Assembly: GCF_009914755.1 (NCBI RefSeq)
Contig: NC_060944.1
Direction: 5' to 3' (one strand)
Length of the DNA stretch: 64,000 nucleotides
From: the human T2T-CHM13v2.0 reference genome, Homo sapiens
A program made the position numbers and the translations under genes. Positions 26,056 through 42,210 of this stretch are shown in pieces. A model generated the notes under the pieces. That model was not told where the DNA came from and did no database searches. It saw only the letters and a list, made by a program, of their open reading frames with translations. Each line of letters starts with the position of its first letter. Position 1 is the first letter of the stretch.

Positions 26056-27699
26056 GGGAAGAGAAAAGAGAGTGGAGTTAGGGTGGAGAGTGAGCCCTGA
26101 TGACACAGGGGCAGACGGTGGGGTGATCACAGGTAATATGTTGAATTCATCAAGTGGTAAAATAAGTGTTTGGAGCTGAGTTCATCTCCATCTCCAAGGG
26201 GTCTTATAGGCTTAAATTGCCATATGGAGTATACACAGGATTGGACTGAAACCTTTTGCTGTCTATTACGGAAAAATTTGGGGATCAAAAAGAACCTGCT
26301 TGAGAATGGTGCCCTTCAACACATATAGCCTGAGCAGAGGGACTGGCAGTTCACATGAAGGATCTTTACACTGGAATGCAGGCCTGGAAGGAAGATGACT
26401 GCAGCTTTTGTATAAAAAAGTCTGCAGTTATTATTATTAATTTACAAGTGGAAGGGGCCAAGTTGTGCTATAGGAGGAACATGTATTCCTCGTGTAGCTG
26501 TAAATGCACAAGCCCTGCTAGCAAGTTCTCAAACCAGCAAACAATTTTGGTTTTGGCAACTGAGTTGCGCTCATTTCAGCTAGGGAAACACTGAACCAAA
26601 TTCAAGGACAAGGGTTTCCTCCCACCTTTTCATCCCACCCCAGTGAGCCCACCCACAGAATCAGAGCTACCCCGCTTTCCCGTGAGAGAAGCAGAAGACT
26701 CCTTGGACATCCAGCTGAAGTTTGAAGCAGCAGTGTCTGTAGGTACAAGAGGAGAGGGGATGAGACTCTACTGCCCTCTGGAGAGGGGTCCTTGGTAAAA
26801 GATGGGGCCCAACAGCAGATGGAGGAGGTCTTGAGGGAGGTCTACAAGAAAAGCAAAAGGAAGGTTGGAGGATAGAGTTAGGAAGTTAGGGTGTGTCCTT
26901 GAGGGACTCCTTCCAGAGGCCCCTGTGCGACACAGGATTCCAGGTAGCTAAGTAAAGGTGTGTCTCCTCATCTGCCTACCTGCAAAAAGGAAACATGTAG
27001 ATTTCCATCAAAATTCTATGCCTGGTTTGTGGCAGACAGAAGAGGTTGTGCCAGGGAGAAGACAGCCTGAATGCTGATAATCTGATAAGCAGTAACCATC
27101 CTCCGTGGGTGCCTGGGTGAAGGCCAACCAACCATGGACAACTCACAGTCCAAGATGCACAGAGCTGCTTCCTCTGACCTGTGCTTGAATCCTCCACACC
27201 CACCACCTCCTGCAAAGCACAAAGGGATAGTAAAGAATCCTAAGGCTCTGTTCCCATACATACACATACACCAGGTGCACACACATACACACTCATGTGC
27301 ACACATATATGCAGAGACATATATGCAGAGACAACATAGGAGTCATTTAATTTTATATAGCTCACGTAAAATCCAGCCCCTTCAATGGCTCAGTCTCAGT
27401 ACTGTGTCACATTCAAAGAAACACAGTCTAGCCAACAAAGGTGACTAAATAGCACATGCTGTTATACTCTTTGCAAATATCTCCCAAAGAACATTAAAGG
27501 GGAACTAATTCTTAGCCCAGAGCAATTTTTAAAAATCTCCTCTGCTCCCCTTTTACTGTTTCATGCCCTGCAATTGCTTTCCAAACTCCTGATTCTCTGT
27601 CATGCCAGTCTTCTGCTCTTGTCTTTTCTTTCTCTCTTTCTTTCCTCCCAACCCTTAAGGAATGTTTCTCTATAATTCATCTTCCAAATCTCCAGGGAT

Positions 27700-28720
27700 C
27701 AAGGAAGGGAGAGGTCACACCTGCTTGTGGACAATGAGGAAATTGTCCCTGGAAAGGCTGGCATTGGAGATGCCCCCTGATGAATCAGCGATAGAGAAAA
27801 GAGGGAGGATACAAGGAGAGAGAAGAGATGGGGAGCTGCAAGTTACCTCAGAACCCCAGACTCATGGGCTCCTGAGCTGGAAGGGCCATTAGGGCCAGGC
27901 ATGGCCATGGTGCAGTTGAACAGAGCTGCAAAGATGCATGATGCGGTCAACACCCTCTAGTAGCTCATGTAATGGGACATTGACGGCAGTGGAGTGAGGA
28001 CAGTCTAGAGGTTTGCACTGGGAGATTTCGGGAGACACAAAAAGGGCCAGTGGGAGTTAAAGAAGGCTTCCTGGGAGAGGGTGAGGCCAGAGGTGAGCTG
28101 GATGTATGACATTACTGAGGGAACCAGGGGCTGACAGTCTCTTCCAGGCAGAGGGAAAGGTCTGAGGAAAGGTAGGAAAAAGGGAGTGATCAAGGAAAGT
28201 ATTATTTGAGCATAAAATATAAAGAAAGGAGTGATGGGAGATAGGCCAGAGAAACAAGCTTGCATGGAAAGTCTTGTTGGTCATGCTAGGGAGTTCAGAA
28301 TGTGGCCTGTGGGGGAATCTCAGGGGAGTTTTAGCAGAAAGGGGTACGGGTAGACTTGCCCTATCCACACAGTTACCCAGGGACACGTGGGAATGCACTG
28401 GGCAAGGGGGAGAAGGAGAGAAGTATAGGACAGAAACTAGAGGAAATTTGGGAGGCAAAGAGTTAGGGTTTGGACATAGCAGGTGAGAGGGCAGGAAGGG
28501 CCAAGGGTGATTCTCAGGTTTGTAGCCGGGAGACGAGCAGACAGTGGGGTCTGCAGTGCAGGTGGGAAAGCAGGATTAGGCTGAGGGTTGTGGGAAATGT
28601 GGTTTTGGCTTTTGGCACATTGACTGAGGGGCTGGACAGCATCCACGTCCTAGTCCACAGGGCAGGAGTGTGTAGAATGGGGAGGGGGTGGGGACAGGAC
28701 CCTGGGACACCCACAGTCTT
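27700..28720. mobile_element. Degenerate L2 fragments
   Basis: Purine-rich L2-like text (AGAAGGCTTCCTGGGAGAGGGTGAG..GAGCTG..CCAGGCAGAGGGAA). Confidence 0.5.
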
Positions 28721-28994
28721 GTGGTAAATGGTGGGAGACGCGCCCACGGTGGGGCCTAGGCGAGGGGCAGCGGGTGGAGGCCTGGGCCAGGGAAGGAGAG
28801 GGAACAAGGGGCTGGAGAAGTGTGTGGAGGAGCTTCAGTGCCAAACCACAGGGGAGCGACGGGGTCAGAGCCTGGACTGTCGGTCTGGCCATGGTGGGAG
28901 GATGGCTGGAAGGAAATGGTGTGGGGGTGGCTGTTGTGGTCTGAACACAGGGACTAGAGAAGGGCCCCAAGTGGACAACGCTTCAGCTAGGGGC

Positions 28995-29210
28995 CCACAA
29001 TTCTAGAACCACAGTGTCTGGGTTCAGTTCCTAGCTCTACCGCTTGATAGCTGTGTGACCTTGGGCAAATCACTTAACTTTTCTGTGCCTCAGTTTCCTC
29101 ATCTGTGAAAGGAGTATGTACCTCAAGGGTTGTAATGAGGAAAAAACAAATTGGTAAATGTCAGTTATGACTTGATACAAGGTAAGTACTCTGTCAAAAG
29201 TGCTATTATT
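28995..29210 (+). mobile_element. MIR (MIRb-like)
   Basis: TAGCTGTGTGACCTTGGGCAAATCACTTAACTTTTCTGTGCCTCAGTTTCCTCATCTGTGAAA. Confidence 0.88.
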
Positions 29211-29297
29211 ATGTTACATATGATATTTTATTGTAGAGTATATGTATAGTATCTAAATATATGTTACATATATAGTACATATACTCTAGTGTGTATA

Positions 29298-29656
29298 CGT
29301 ATTAGTCAGTTTGGGCTGCTATAACAAAATATGATAGACTGGGAGGCTTAAACAACAGACATTTATTTCTCACAGTTCTGGAGGCTGGGCCGTCCAAGAT
29401 CAAGGTGTGGGCAGATCAGGTGTCTGGTGAGGGCTTGATACCTAGTTTGCTCTCAGCTACCTTCTCCTTGTATCCTTGCTTGGCAGAGAGAGAGAGAGAG
29501 ATCTTTCTTTTGTCTCTTCCTCTTATCTCATCATGAGGGCTCCACCTTCATGACATAATTACCTCCAAATGTCCGACCTCCTAATACAATCACATTGGGG
29601 GTTAGGATTCCAATATTATGAATTTTGGAGGAGACATAAACATTCAGTCTATAACA
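29298..29656 (-). mobile_element. MLT1A-like solo LTR
   Basis: GTATTAGTCAGTTTGGGCTGCTATAACAAAATA..TTTATTTCTCACAGTTCTGGAGGCTGG..CATTCAGTCTATAACA. Confidence 0.82.
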
Positions 29657-29777
29657 ACATACAATAAGTGCTATCTATTTCTATTATATATGTTACATAT
29701 GCTATTATTATAGTAAATACTACTAATATATATTAGTATATTAGCAGATGTTTGTAATATTTATAATGTATTTAAAT

Positions 29778-29858
29778 AATATGTGACACATGATTTAAAA
29801 TAATATATGATATATAATACAGTATATATTATGTATATTTAGTAATATTCATTATTAT
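29778..29858 (+). repeat. Left copy of an 81-bp direct repeat (TSD of the L1HS)
   Basis: Identical to 34298-34378. Confidence 0.95.
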
Positions 29859-30089
29859 TATTATTATTTTTAATGTTTTTTTTTATTATACTCTAAGTTT
29901 TAGGGTACATGTGCACATTGTGCAGGTTAGTTACATATGTATACATGTGCCATGCTGGTGCGCTGCACCCACTAACGTGTCATCTAGCATTAGGTATATC
30001 TCCCAATGCTATCCCTCCCCCCTCCCCTGACCCCACCACAGTCCCCAGAGTGTGATATTCCCCTTCCTGTGTCCATGTGATCTCATTGT

Positions 30090-33918
<3,829 letters not shown>

Positions 33919-33981
33919 TATGATGTTAGCTGGTGATTTTGCTCATTAGTTGATGCAGTTTCTTCCTAGTCTCGATGGTCT

Positions 33982-34297
33982 TTACATTTTGGCATGATTT
34001 TGCAGCGGCTGGTACCGGTTGTTCCTTTCCATGTTTAGCGCTTCCTTCAGGAGCTCTTTTAGGGCAGGCCTGGTGGTGACAAAATCTCTCAGCATTTGCT
34101 TGTCTATAAAGTATTTTATTTCTCCTTCACTTATGAAGCTTAGTTTGGCTGGATATGAAATTCTGGGTTGAAAATTCTTTTCTTTAAGAATGTTGAATAT
34201 TGGCCCCCACTCTCTTCTGGCTTGTAGGGTTTCTGCCGAGGGATCCGCTGTTAGTCTGATGGGCTTTCCTTTGAGGGTAACCCGACCTTTCTCTCTG
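33982..34297 (-). pseudogene. C-terminal ~104 aa of L1 ORF1p
   Basis: REKG, ARR and YPAKLS motifs are present; the frame ends QNHAKM*. Confidence 0.93.
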
Positions 34298-34378
34298 AAT
34301 ATGTGACACATGATTTAAAATAATATATGATATATAATACAGTATATATTATGTATATTTAGTAATATTCATTATTAT
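34298..34378 (+). repeat. Right copy of the 81-bp direct repeat (TSD)
   Basis: Identical to 29778-29858. Confidence 0.95.
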
Positions 34379-36283
34379 ATATAAAATACTATGTGATTGC
34401 ATGTACTGCTAGTGTAGATTCTGTATATATGATTACTGTAAAAGCAATTATTATCATTGTCTTTGTTATTAGAATCCATTTGATGCCACTGTTACTGAGG
34501 TCAATAGAGAGATAGTGAGAATAACATAGAAATTGTGAATCCTGTTGATACTAGGATTAGAAATAGATCTGATTGCATGTGTGTTTGTGTGTCTATGTGC
34601 TCACGCACATGTGCACGTCGGTAGGTAATGAATCTGGCTTTGAGCACAAAATCACAGAAAGAACTGATAGGAATACTGCAGACGATGTGGTCCCATTGCT
34701 CATTTTGTTGATGAGGAAAGTGATGTCAGTGCTTCATCAAGCAACCTAAGGTCCCACTATTGCTGGCAGGTCTCTTGTCTCCTCCCTTCTTGAATTTGGG
34801 TGGAATCCAGTGAAGATGGTTAGCAAAGAGATGAGGGAGTGGTCCTGGGAGGAGGCTCCTCTACTGGAAGATTCGGCTATTCTTCCTTAACTTGAGCCTA
34901 GTGCCACGCTTCTCTCCTGCCCTTCCCTGCTTCTCTATACTTTCACTTCCCACCTTGACATTTAAAACCTCTGTTTTCTGAGTAACACTGATGCTAATGT
35001 TTGTCTTTTTGGGGCCTCCTTCTGATGCTAGGCTCAGAGGACATTCAAAATAATAACAGATCAGTGCTTCCGAAACCCAATTTAATACAAGAAGGGGTGG
35101 GTGCCTGTTTTGTCTTGAAGTCCAGAGCCAGGTGAGTCACTGTGCTCCCCATGGTCAATTTCCTGAGAGATTATCATCTTGAGGAGGACATATCAAGTAC
35201 CTTCCAAGGAGGCATCCAAGATTCAGGGCTGTTTTTCCAGCCCATGGAGTCCCAGGAATTGTTTCTTCTCTATTGATTGATTCTTCTCTATTGAAGACCC
35301 TTATTGAGGACGAAAATTTTTTCTCTGTGGATTTTCCACGTAATCTTGGCTTGAGAGAAAATATAGTAATTTTAGGCAGTTTGTGATTCTAGAGGTGTTA
35401 TGAAAGACATTTCCAAATACATTTAGGGATGTTGCTGGATAAATCTAACCCCTGCCTTCCCCCTGACTCCACCGCAGGATCACGGGGAGGCAAGGCTGTG
35501 ATTGCAGCTGGGTGTCTTTGCAGCATCTCAGCCTCGTCTCCCACACCCAGTTCTTCTCCAGCATCCGGGGCTTCCATGCTGTCGACTGGTGTGACCTGAG
35601 GACCAGTGTGACCACTCCCCCTGTCCTCCCTGAGCAAGCCCCTGCCATGCTCTGTCCATCCTCTGCCCCTGACTGGCATCGACCCCTGGTACCTCAGCCT
35701 CAGTGCCAGGACTTTGAGCCAGGAGCAGCAAATTGGGGAGCCAATGTGAGGATGGGGAGAATGAGGCCTGCCATGGTCTGGGTCTAGGCTGCTTTTGTCC
35801 AGCGACTCCCCAGGGTGACCACCCCTGAAGTGGACATCATTTCTGATCTAAGTGGAAGAGTAAGACATAAAGGACAACTGAAGTGAGGGTGCAGGAGGCT
35901 GCCCCACTCAGACCGTGGTGTTTGTATCAGAAGCTCTTCTCTGTAAGGGGAAGGTGGGAGCACCAGGATCTTGACTGTATTTTCCAGCTGAGTCTTCCTG
36001 ATTTGGACACGTTTTAAAACTTTCGAATTTTTAGAGTATTGGTTTAGAGTGATGGAGCCAACTTCATGGGGTCAAACATATGTAATTTACATAAAAGTAC
36101 TAAACAGTTCATTTAAATTACAGTTACACACAACTCGATGGAACACTGAGTTTTAAAAAGTCCTAGAAAATGATATACCCTATGAAACACTTTTAATACA
36201 ATTAAAAGCAACTAAAATGAAACAACATATTTTTAGAAAAACATGTGTTAAGACTATATGCAAAATAAAAAAGAAAATGTTAA

Positions 36284-36431
36284 CCCAGGTGTGGTGGTGT
36301 GGCCTATAGTCCCAGCTACTTGGGAGGCTGAGACAGGAGGATTACTGGAGCCCGGGAGTTTGAGGCTAGCCTGGGCAACACAGCAAGGGCCTGCCTTAAA
36401 AGAAAAAAAGAAGGAGAAAGAAAAGAGAGGA
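36284..36431 (+). mobile_element. Alu monomer (FLAM_A-like) with 17-bp TSD
   Basis: Single arm plus A-rich tail; TSD AAAAAAGAAAATGTTAA at 36267-36283 and 36432-36448. Confidence 0.85.
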
Positions 36432-36644
36432 AAAAAAGAAAATGTTAAACCTTTGGTTAAGTTAATTTTGGAGAGGTGGGGGACAATGTGGAAGAGAAGT
36501 GTATGTGTAGGTATAAATTATTCCTAGTATTTTGGGTTTTGTGTTCATAATATATTCATTGATGTTTATTATATTAGATTATTAAAATAATATAAATTAG
36601 ACTAATATAAATTAAATTGTTCAGGCCAATTACAAAAATGAATT

Positions 36645-36875
36645 AGTGATCTAGTTAGCATTTATTCATATGCCAGGTAGTGTTCTAAGCACTTTACATA
36701 TACCATCGACTCACTGAATCCTCAAAACAGTCCTATAAGGTGGGATTATTATTATTTCTATTTCCATGGGGAAACGGAGGCACAGAGAGATCAAGCAACT
36801 AGCCCAATACCACACAGCTGAGCGGGAATTCTAACCCAGGCTGTGTGTCTCCAGAGTTCTGCTCTCTTAACCACA
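36645..36875 (-). mobile_element. MIR
   Basis: TGCCAGGTAGTGTTCTAAGCACTTTACAT..GGAAACGGAGGCACAGAGAGATCAAGCAACT. Confidence 0.85.
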
Positions 36876-37417
36876 AATGTTGTGAATGATGTATTTTGTG
36901 AACCCAGGGTTCCTAAAAAAAGAGGAACAAGTTACCTGAAGGAACTGGTTTCTACAGAAAGCAGGTAGAGTGTGCAGGAAAGGAGGATGTGTGGCCTTAG
37001 TCTGGGAGGAAAGTTGGTGGTTTTGTTTAGACTAATGTGTCGGTTGGTTACCATCTCTACCCTCCCAGGCAAAATACTTGCACTTTAGCAATGCCTTACT
37101 GGGTTAATTCTAATAGTGGGGATTTTGGGTGACATGGCAGACTGTTGGGAGACCATCCATTGACTGCGTGAGTCTTTGAGCTCTTTTCGTATCATACTGG
37201 TGATCTGGCTGCTGGCTAGATGGAGTTAGTGCCCCTTTTTGTTTTGCCTCAAGATTTATCACCTATTAAGCAAATATTGACTTCTTAAATTAAATTGTAA
37301 TGCCTCTTGCAACAGAAGTCAATAGTTGTTTGATGACATCTGGTGACTAAGTGCAGCGAGGTGGCTAGTCTATCCATCAACAAGACCTAGCATGGAGGCC
37401 TCCTTTTCCTGTAAGGC

Positions 37418-38465
37418 AGAGGTTCTCAGAGAGTAGTTTCCAGAACAATAGGACTAACATCCTTTGGGAAATGTTTAGAAATGCAAATTCCTGGGCCTTG
37501 CCTCCTACTGAACCCAAAGAGATGGGGGTGGTGTCCAACCCCACCAGTGGTGTGCTGGCAAATATTTAACAAGTGCCTCTTTGAAAAAGTGCAGATATTT
37601 ATGTACGTAAATTTTGCTGATACATTGAATGTGTAGCACACAATTTACAAATAATAAAATATTCAATATTCTTTACTATAAATGTTATGTAGCTAATTGG
37701 CTTTTGCAGAATGCTTTCATTCATTGTTTTTTTGTCAAACTCTTGTATCAGAGACAACCTAGGGTTGCAATTGATGAATGAGTGTAGTTCCAACATGAAT
37801 GTTGATATTTTTGTTTATATTAAGGAGTAAGATGAAAGTGAAACAAAATGAAGACATATGTCACAATGTCACTTGTTTGTCAGTGATGTGAACAATTTGT
37901 TTGCTGAATCGAATGTTGGAAGACTATTTTCTCAACTTTTTTTCTATTCACAATATAATAGCTACAGGTTAACATATTTTGAAGCTTAATCTGTATTTTT
38001 ACAATTTTCTCCATCACTTTCTTAAGTCTAGACAATCAACAAAATAATAAATCAAGCCCATTTGCTCATTTCTGTGGTGTAAATATTTCTGTCCTGGCCA
38101 GTGTCAAGCCACAACATGATACTACTCAACAAGGAGTTAGAAAGAGATGTGTGGCCCCACATCATTATGTACTATGTCCATTGTTCAGACACAGTAGATG
38201 TAAATATCCTCCACAGATAATGGAAATATGTAGTACAATAATTAGGAAGTTGCTTCTAATGCAATTTGTTTTTCACGTAATTTCTTTATCTACACATTTT
38301 TATCATTTATTTTTTAATGACAGCTTGTGTTTCACAACAGGCTTGCAGAGTTCCTAAAAATTTAACAATGGCCCTCATGAGCTGGTATGAATTGGGCCCA
38401 TCAATCTGTGTTTTAACAAGCCTTCCACATGATTCTGATGATGCGAAATTTTGTGAACCACTGCT
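37418..38465. mobile_element. MER5A split by a nested MER63-like (hAT-Blackjack) element at ~37545-38395
   Basis: The MER5A halves are GTTAGAAATGCAAATTCCTGGGCC and AATCTGTGTTTTAACAAGCCTTCC..GATTCTGATG. The insert begins CCAGTGGTGTGCTGGCAAATATTTAACAA. Confidence 0.65.
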
Positions 38466-38809
38466 TCAGCAGATGGTGAGAACAAGGAATGCATGTAGCT
38501 ATACTTAACCTGGTACTACATGCTCTATGTCTGGCCAACCAAATGCTATACTCAAATGTTTAAGCAAGTTCACATTGGGGACAGTGGGGAAAGAAGGAAG
38601 TATATCTAAAGGAGAACAGAGGAATGAGAAAAGGTTTTAATTTTAGATCTTTGATTTTTTTTTCTTCTGGATTTGGCCTGCTTTGGTAAACTGTTTATAG
38701 ATATTCAAATAAATTAGGACTAAATTATGGCTCAGTTTATTCTCTTGAAACAAAATGGCAGCCAATGCAACTGCTCAAATGACATATCTTCTGAAGTCTA
38801 AAAAACTTC

Positions 38810-39540
38810 AGTTAGTTCATTCAATAAATACTTACTAACTACCTATGATGTGCCAAGCACTACACCGGGTATTGGTTGTGCAGCATCAAATAAGGTAGTT
38901 AAGGACACTGATCTCAAGGTTTTAGGAGGAAGAAATAGAAAAACCCAAGTAAGTGCCTTAGGTAAGCAAGATAATTCTTTGAGAAGGAAATTATATGGGT
39001 GGAGGGTGTTGGGTGGGAAGAGATTTCTTTCTGGCTGGGGGATTAGAGAGGGCCTCGTTGAGGAGGTGTCAATAAGGTGGGTGGTGAATCCAGCCATGTA
39101 ACTACCTGGGCAAAGAGTGTCCAGGCAGAGGGGACAACAATTGCAAAGATATTGAGTTGGGAATAGATTTGATGTGTCGAAGGCCTGCCTGGTAAGAGGG
39201 CTGATGTGGCTGGAGTAATGTGAATGAGGCCAGAGTGAGAGAAGATGTGTTGAAAGGCAGGCAGGCAGGGGCCAGATCAAGTTTTAGGCTAAGCAAACAT
39301 TTTGGATTTCATTCTGAGTGATGGGAATCCTTTGGAGGCTTAAAGCAGGGAGTGACTGGTCTAATTTCTGCTTTAAAAAGATCACTCACTGCTGTATAGA
39401 GAATAGGCTATAACAAGCAAGACTGGAAGCAGGAAAATGCACTGGGAAAATGTTCAAAGAGTCCCAGGGACCAGATAACGGCTTGGAATGGAAGTGGCCA
39501 GATTTGGGAGGTACTGTGGAGGAATAGCAGATTGTCCTGG
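38810..39540. mobile_element. L2 3' region
   Basis: TTCATTCAATAAATACTTA..TGTGCCAAGCACT..CCAGGCAGAGGGGACA..TTTGGATTTCATTCTGAGTGATGGGAA. Confidence 0.75.
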
Positions 39541-42099
39541 TTGAGAGAGTGTGGCAAATTCTAAGTACAAAATAGACCATTAACCCTACCATCTTTAAGC
39601 AAAGTAGACTAGAATCCTTGATATTTATGTCTGCTCATGTCTTACCACACTGGTTGATCCACCTGTTTCAGAATTATGTATATAGGAAGTACAAGATAAG
39701 TGGTGACCCCTTAATTGGATGGGTGGCTGAGGAGGTAACACTCCAGACAGTCTAAGAAGATGAAGTATAATCCTCTGACTGCAGCCCCATGAGCTTAGGT
39801 AGATAAGGGCCAAGCATGAGTAAGAATAGAGATTACCCCACTACCTCTTCATTCCTGTGTGTAGATGTGAGTAGCAATTACTCGTGTGTGTCTGTGGGAC
39901 TCTCAGCCTGCTTGAATTGGGTGATGAAACCTGTGGCATGGGTCAGGAAACATTCACGTTTCCCATGCCATCTCCCCAGGCTTGGTGTGTGCATTTGCCA
40001 GGAGTGGGCTTGGAGAATAACCTTCCAAGGACTCTGGCCTGCAGGTGGCTTAGCCTGTGGATAACTGATAATGTCTTCCGATGCATACAGTACAGGAGCT
40101 GCCACAGGAAGACTCACAGCGATTTCCAGCCCAATGCTGAGGTTGTTACTGTGGTCCATATTTTGTGAATTATTCAACATATGATTTTTATTCAGTGACT
40201 TAAAAGAAAATATGAACACACTAACGTCTCATTTATCCAGTATTCTTTGAGAACACAACATTCCATGTAAATGCATTTTTCACGTATACCTTTAAATGTC
40301 AAGGCAAATTTTATGTCATGAAACATTTTGAGCACTTGGGAGAGAAGGCTTTCTATAGCAAGCAATACCCTGAAGCAGAGGATCTGTATGGTTTAAACTT
40401 TCCTTGAAGCCTCCTGTTCATCATTATGATTGTCAATTACCACTTTATGCTATAATGCAGTGACACAGGGACTCTGAGCTCTGTGAATCAGACTATTGTG
40501 CAAATTCCTCATTCCCTCATTTTCTCTTTGGAGAACTAGGCCCCCATTAGACTGTTTTACAACATTAACACTTAGTAATGGCACCCAGGGGCAAAGTACA
40601 AGCAAGCCGGGGTCACCTACCACAGCACTGTTTCTTGTTAGAAAATTGGTGCTTTTAAGAAGATGGTTCTTCCACGAGAGAGGTTTTGCCTAGTTGTTGT
40701 CCAGTTAGTTATCTGGCCTGCATTTACGGGAAGCAGAAGTCTCAGCGTCTCCAGAAGCTGTATCTCTCTTTTTCTGCTCATCTGAGTCATGTGCACTGAA
40801 TGTGACTCCCCCACACATCTGTATTACTTATCAATACAAAAACTTAGTATTGCTCCTCACTCATAAAAAGCATCCTTAACATCTGGGAGGCCAAAAGAAT
40901 GAAACGGAGTTAGAATGAGAAGGGCGAGATGCCTTCTGGGTTATCCAAGCAGAAGCCAAAGGAGGAAATTTGACTGCAGCAGACCAGGGTCCCCCCAGTA
41001 TGTAAAATAGTGTCAGTGAGACCTGGGTCACCAGTCCTCACCATGGGGGCCATGCTGCAAGTGATAGTGAATAGGTGGATGCTGAAGGGGAGCTCTGGGG
41101 CAAACAGGCACAGCTGTACTGTGTTGAATGTTCTCCTAGAGCCCGTTTGTGTGTTAAGATGGACCTGGCTCTTGGAAAGGTTATGTCACAGAATCTTCTA
41201 GAGGTCTCGCTACCTCGCCGTGATGTATAATGGCTCCCTTGCTCCAGAATTTGTGACAAGAAGCGTTTGATGCAGTCATTTACATTAAAAAATAAATGGT
41301 GTCTTTCTTCCAGTCCCTGGATCCTGGCAATCAGAGGGCTGTTTCTAGTGTGCTGTGATGGACGTGCTTATCTTCCGCTGCAGTTCATCCTGCAACAGTA
41401 AAATTGCAGGCAGCACACAGACAAGTTTCTGCCGACAGGCCAGATACCAGAAGTGTAGGTGGGAAGGTTCAGGGCTGCCTTTTGAACCAAAACAGAAGAG
41501 AGATGAACCAAGAAAGTGTCTGCAGTTTGCCTGCTGTTTTTTCCTTCCTTTGGGGAAATACATAATTATTTTGTATCTACTTATACACATATGCAGGTAA
41601 TTTTTCTTTTTTAAAGAGAAAGGTCAAAGATTGTCTGTGTCACATCACACTGAAACTGCTTCGGCCCCTTCCTCTGTATTTCTGTGGTAATTGGTTCTGT
41701 GAGCTACAAATACAACAGACGTGGACTGAATAGGATGAGACCATCTGTGCCAGGTCCAGGCATGCTTTTCCCAAATATGGAAAAAAACAGGGCTGTCTTG
41801 GGCTGGTGGCTTTGACTTGAAGCGAAATCCATGATCTAAAGACTCTCTTTTGTTCCTTGTTTTTCACTTAGACCCAAGGGACAAGGACTCCACCTGTCCG
41901 GCAGCAGAGGCTGTTGCCTAAGCCTGTGTCATGTAAACTGTCCATGAACCTTTACTGCCATTACTGACATAGTCTTTGGTGCATCTCGTTGTAAGTAAGA
42001 CCCTGTTATTGGGCTGGGCTTGAGATGCGTAACATCCATGGCACTATCCTTCAAGGGGCTTACAGTTTGGTTAGATAAACAAGAGTGATGCCTGAAAAC

Positions 42100-42210
42100 A
42101 ACAACAACAAAAACAAAGACAAAACCAAAACCAGACAACAACAACAACAACAAAGACAAAACCAAAACCAGACAACAACAACAACAACAAAGACAAAACC
42201 AAAACCAGAC
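42100..42210 (+). repeat. Three tandem copies of a 37-bp unit, (AAC)5AAAGACAAAACCAAAACCAGAC
   Basis: Units end at 42136, 42173 and 42210; copies 2 and 3 are identical. Confidence 0.93.

Noticed and set aside
25732-26179. 132-144 aa ORFs with SL/ER repeats
   Set aside because: They are translations of a (GA)n tract inside an MLT1 LTR.
28640-28940. G-rich stretch with a few CpGs as a CpG-island promoter or G-quadruplex element
   Set aside because: It is too short and CpG-poor for an island, adjoins L2-derived sequence, and has irregular G-tract spacing.
42100-42210. 37-bp periodic repeat as a CRISPR-like array
   Set aside because: The units are head-to-tail with no unique spacers, there are no cas genes, and the context is human.
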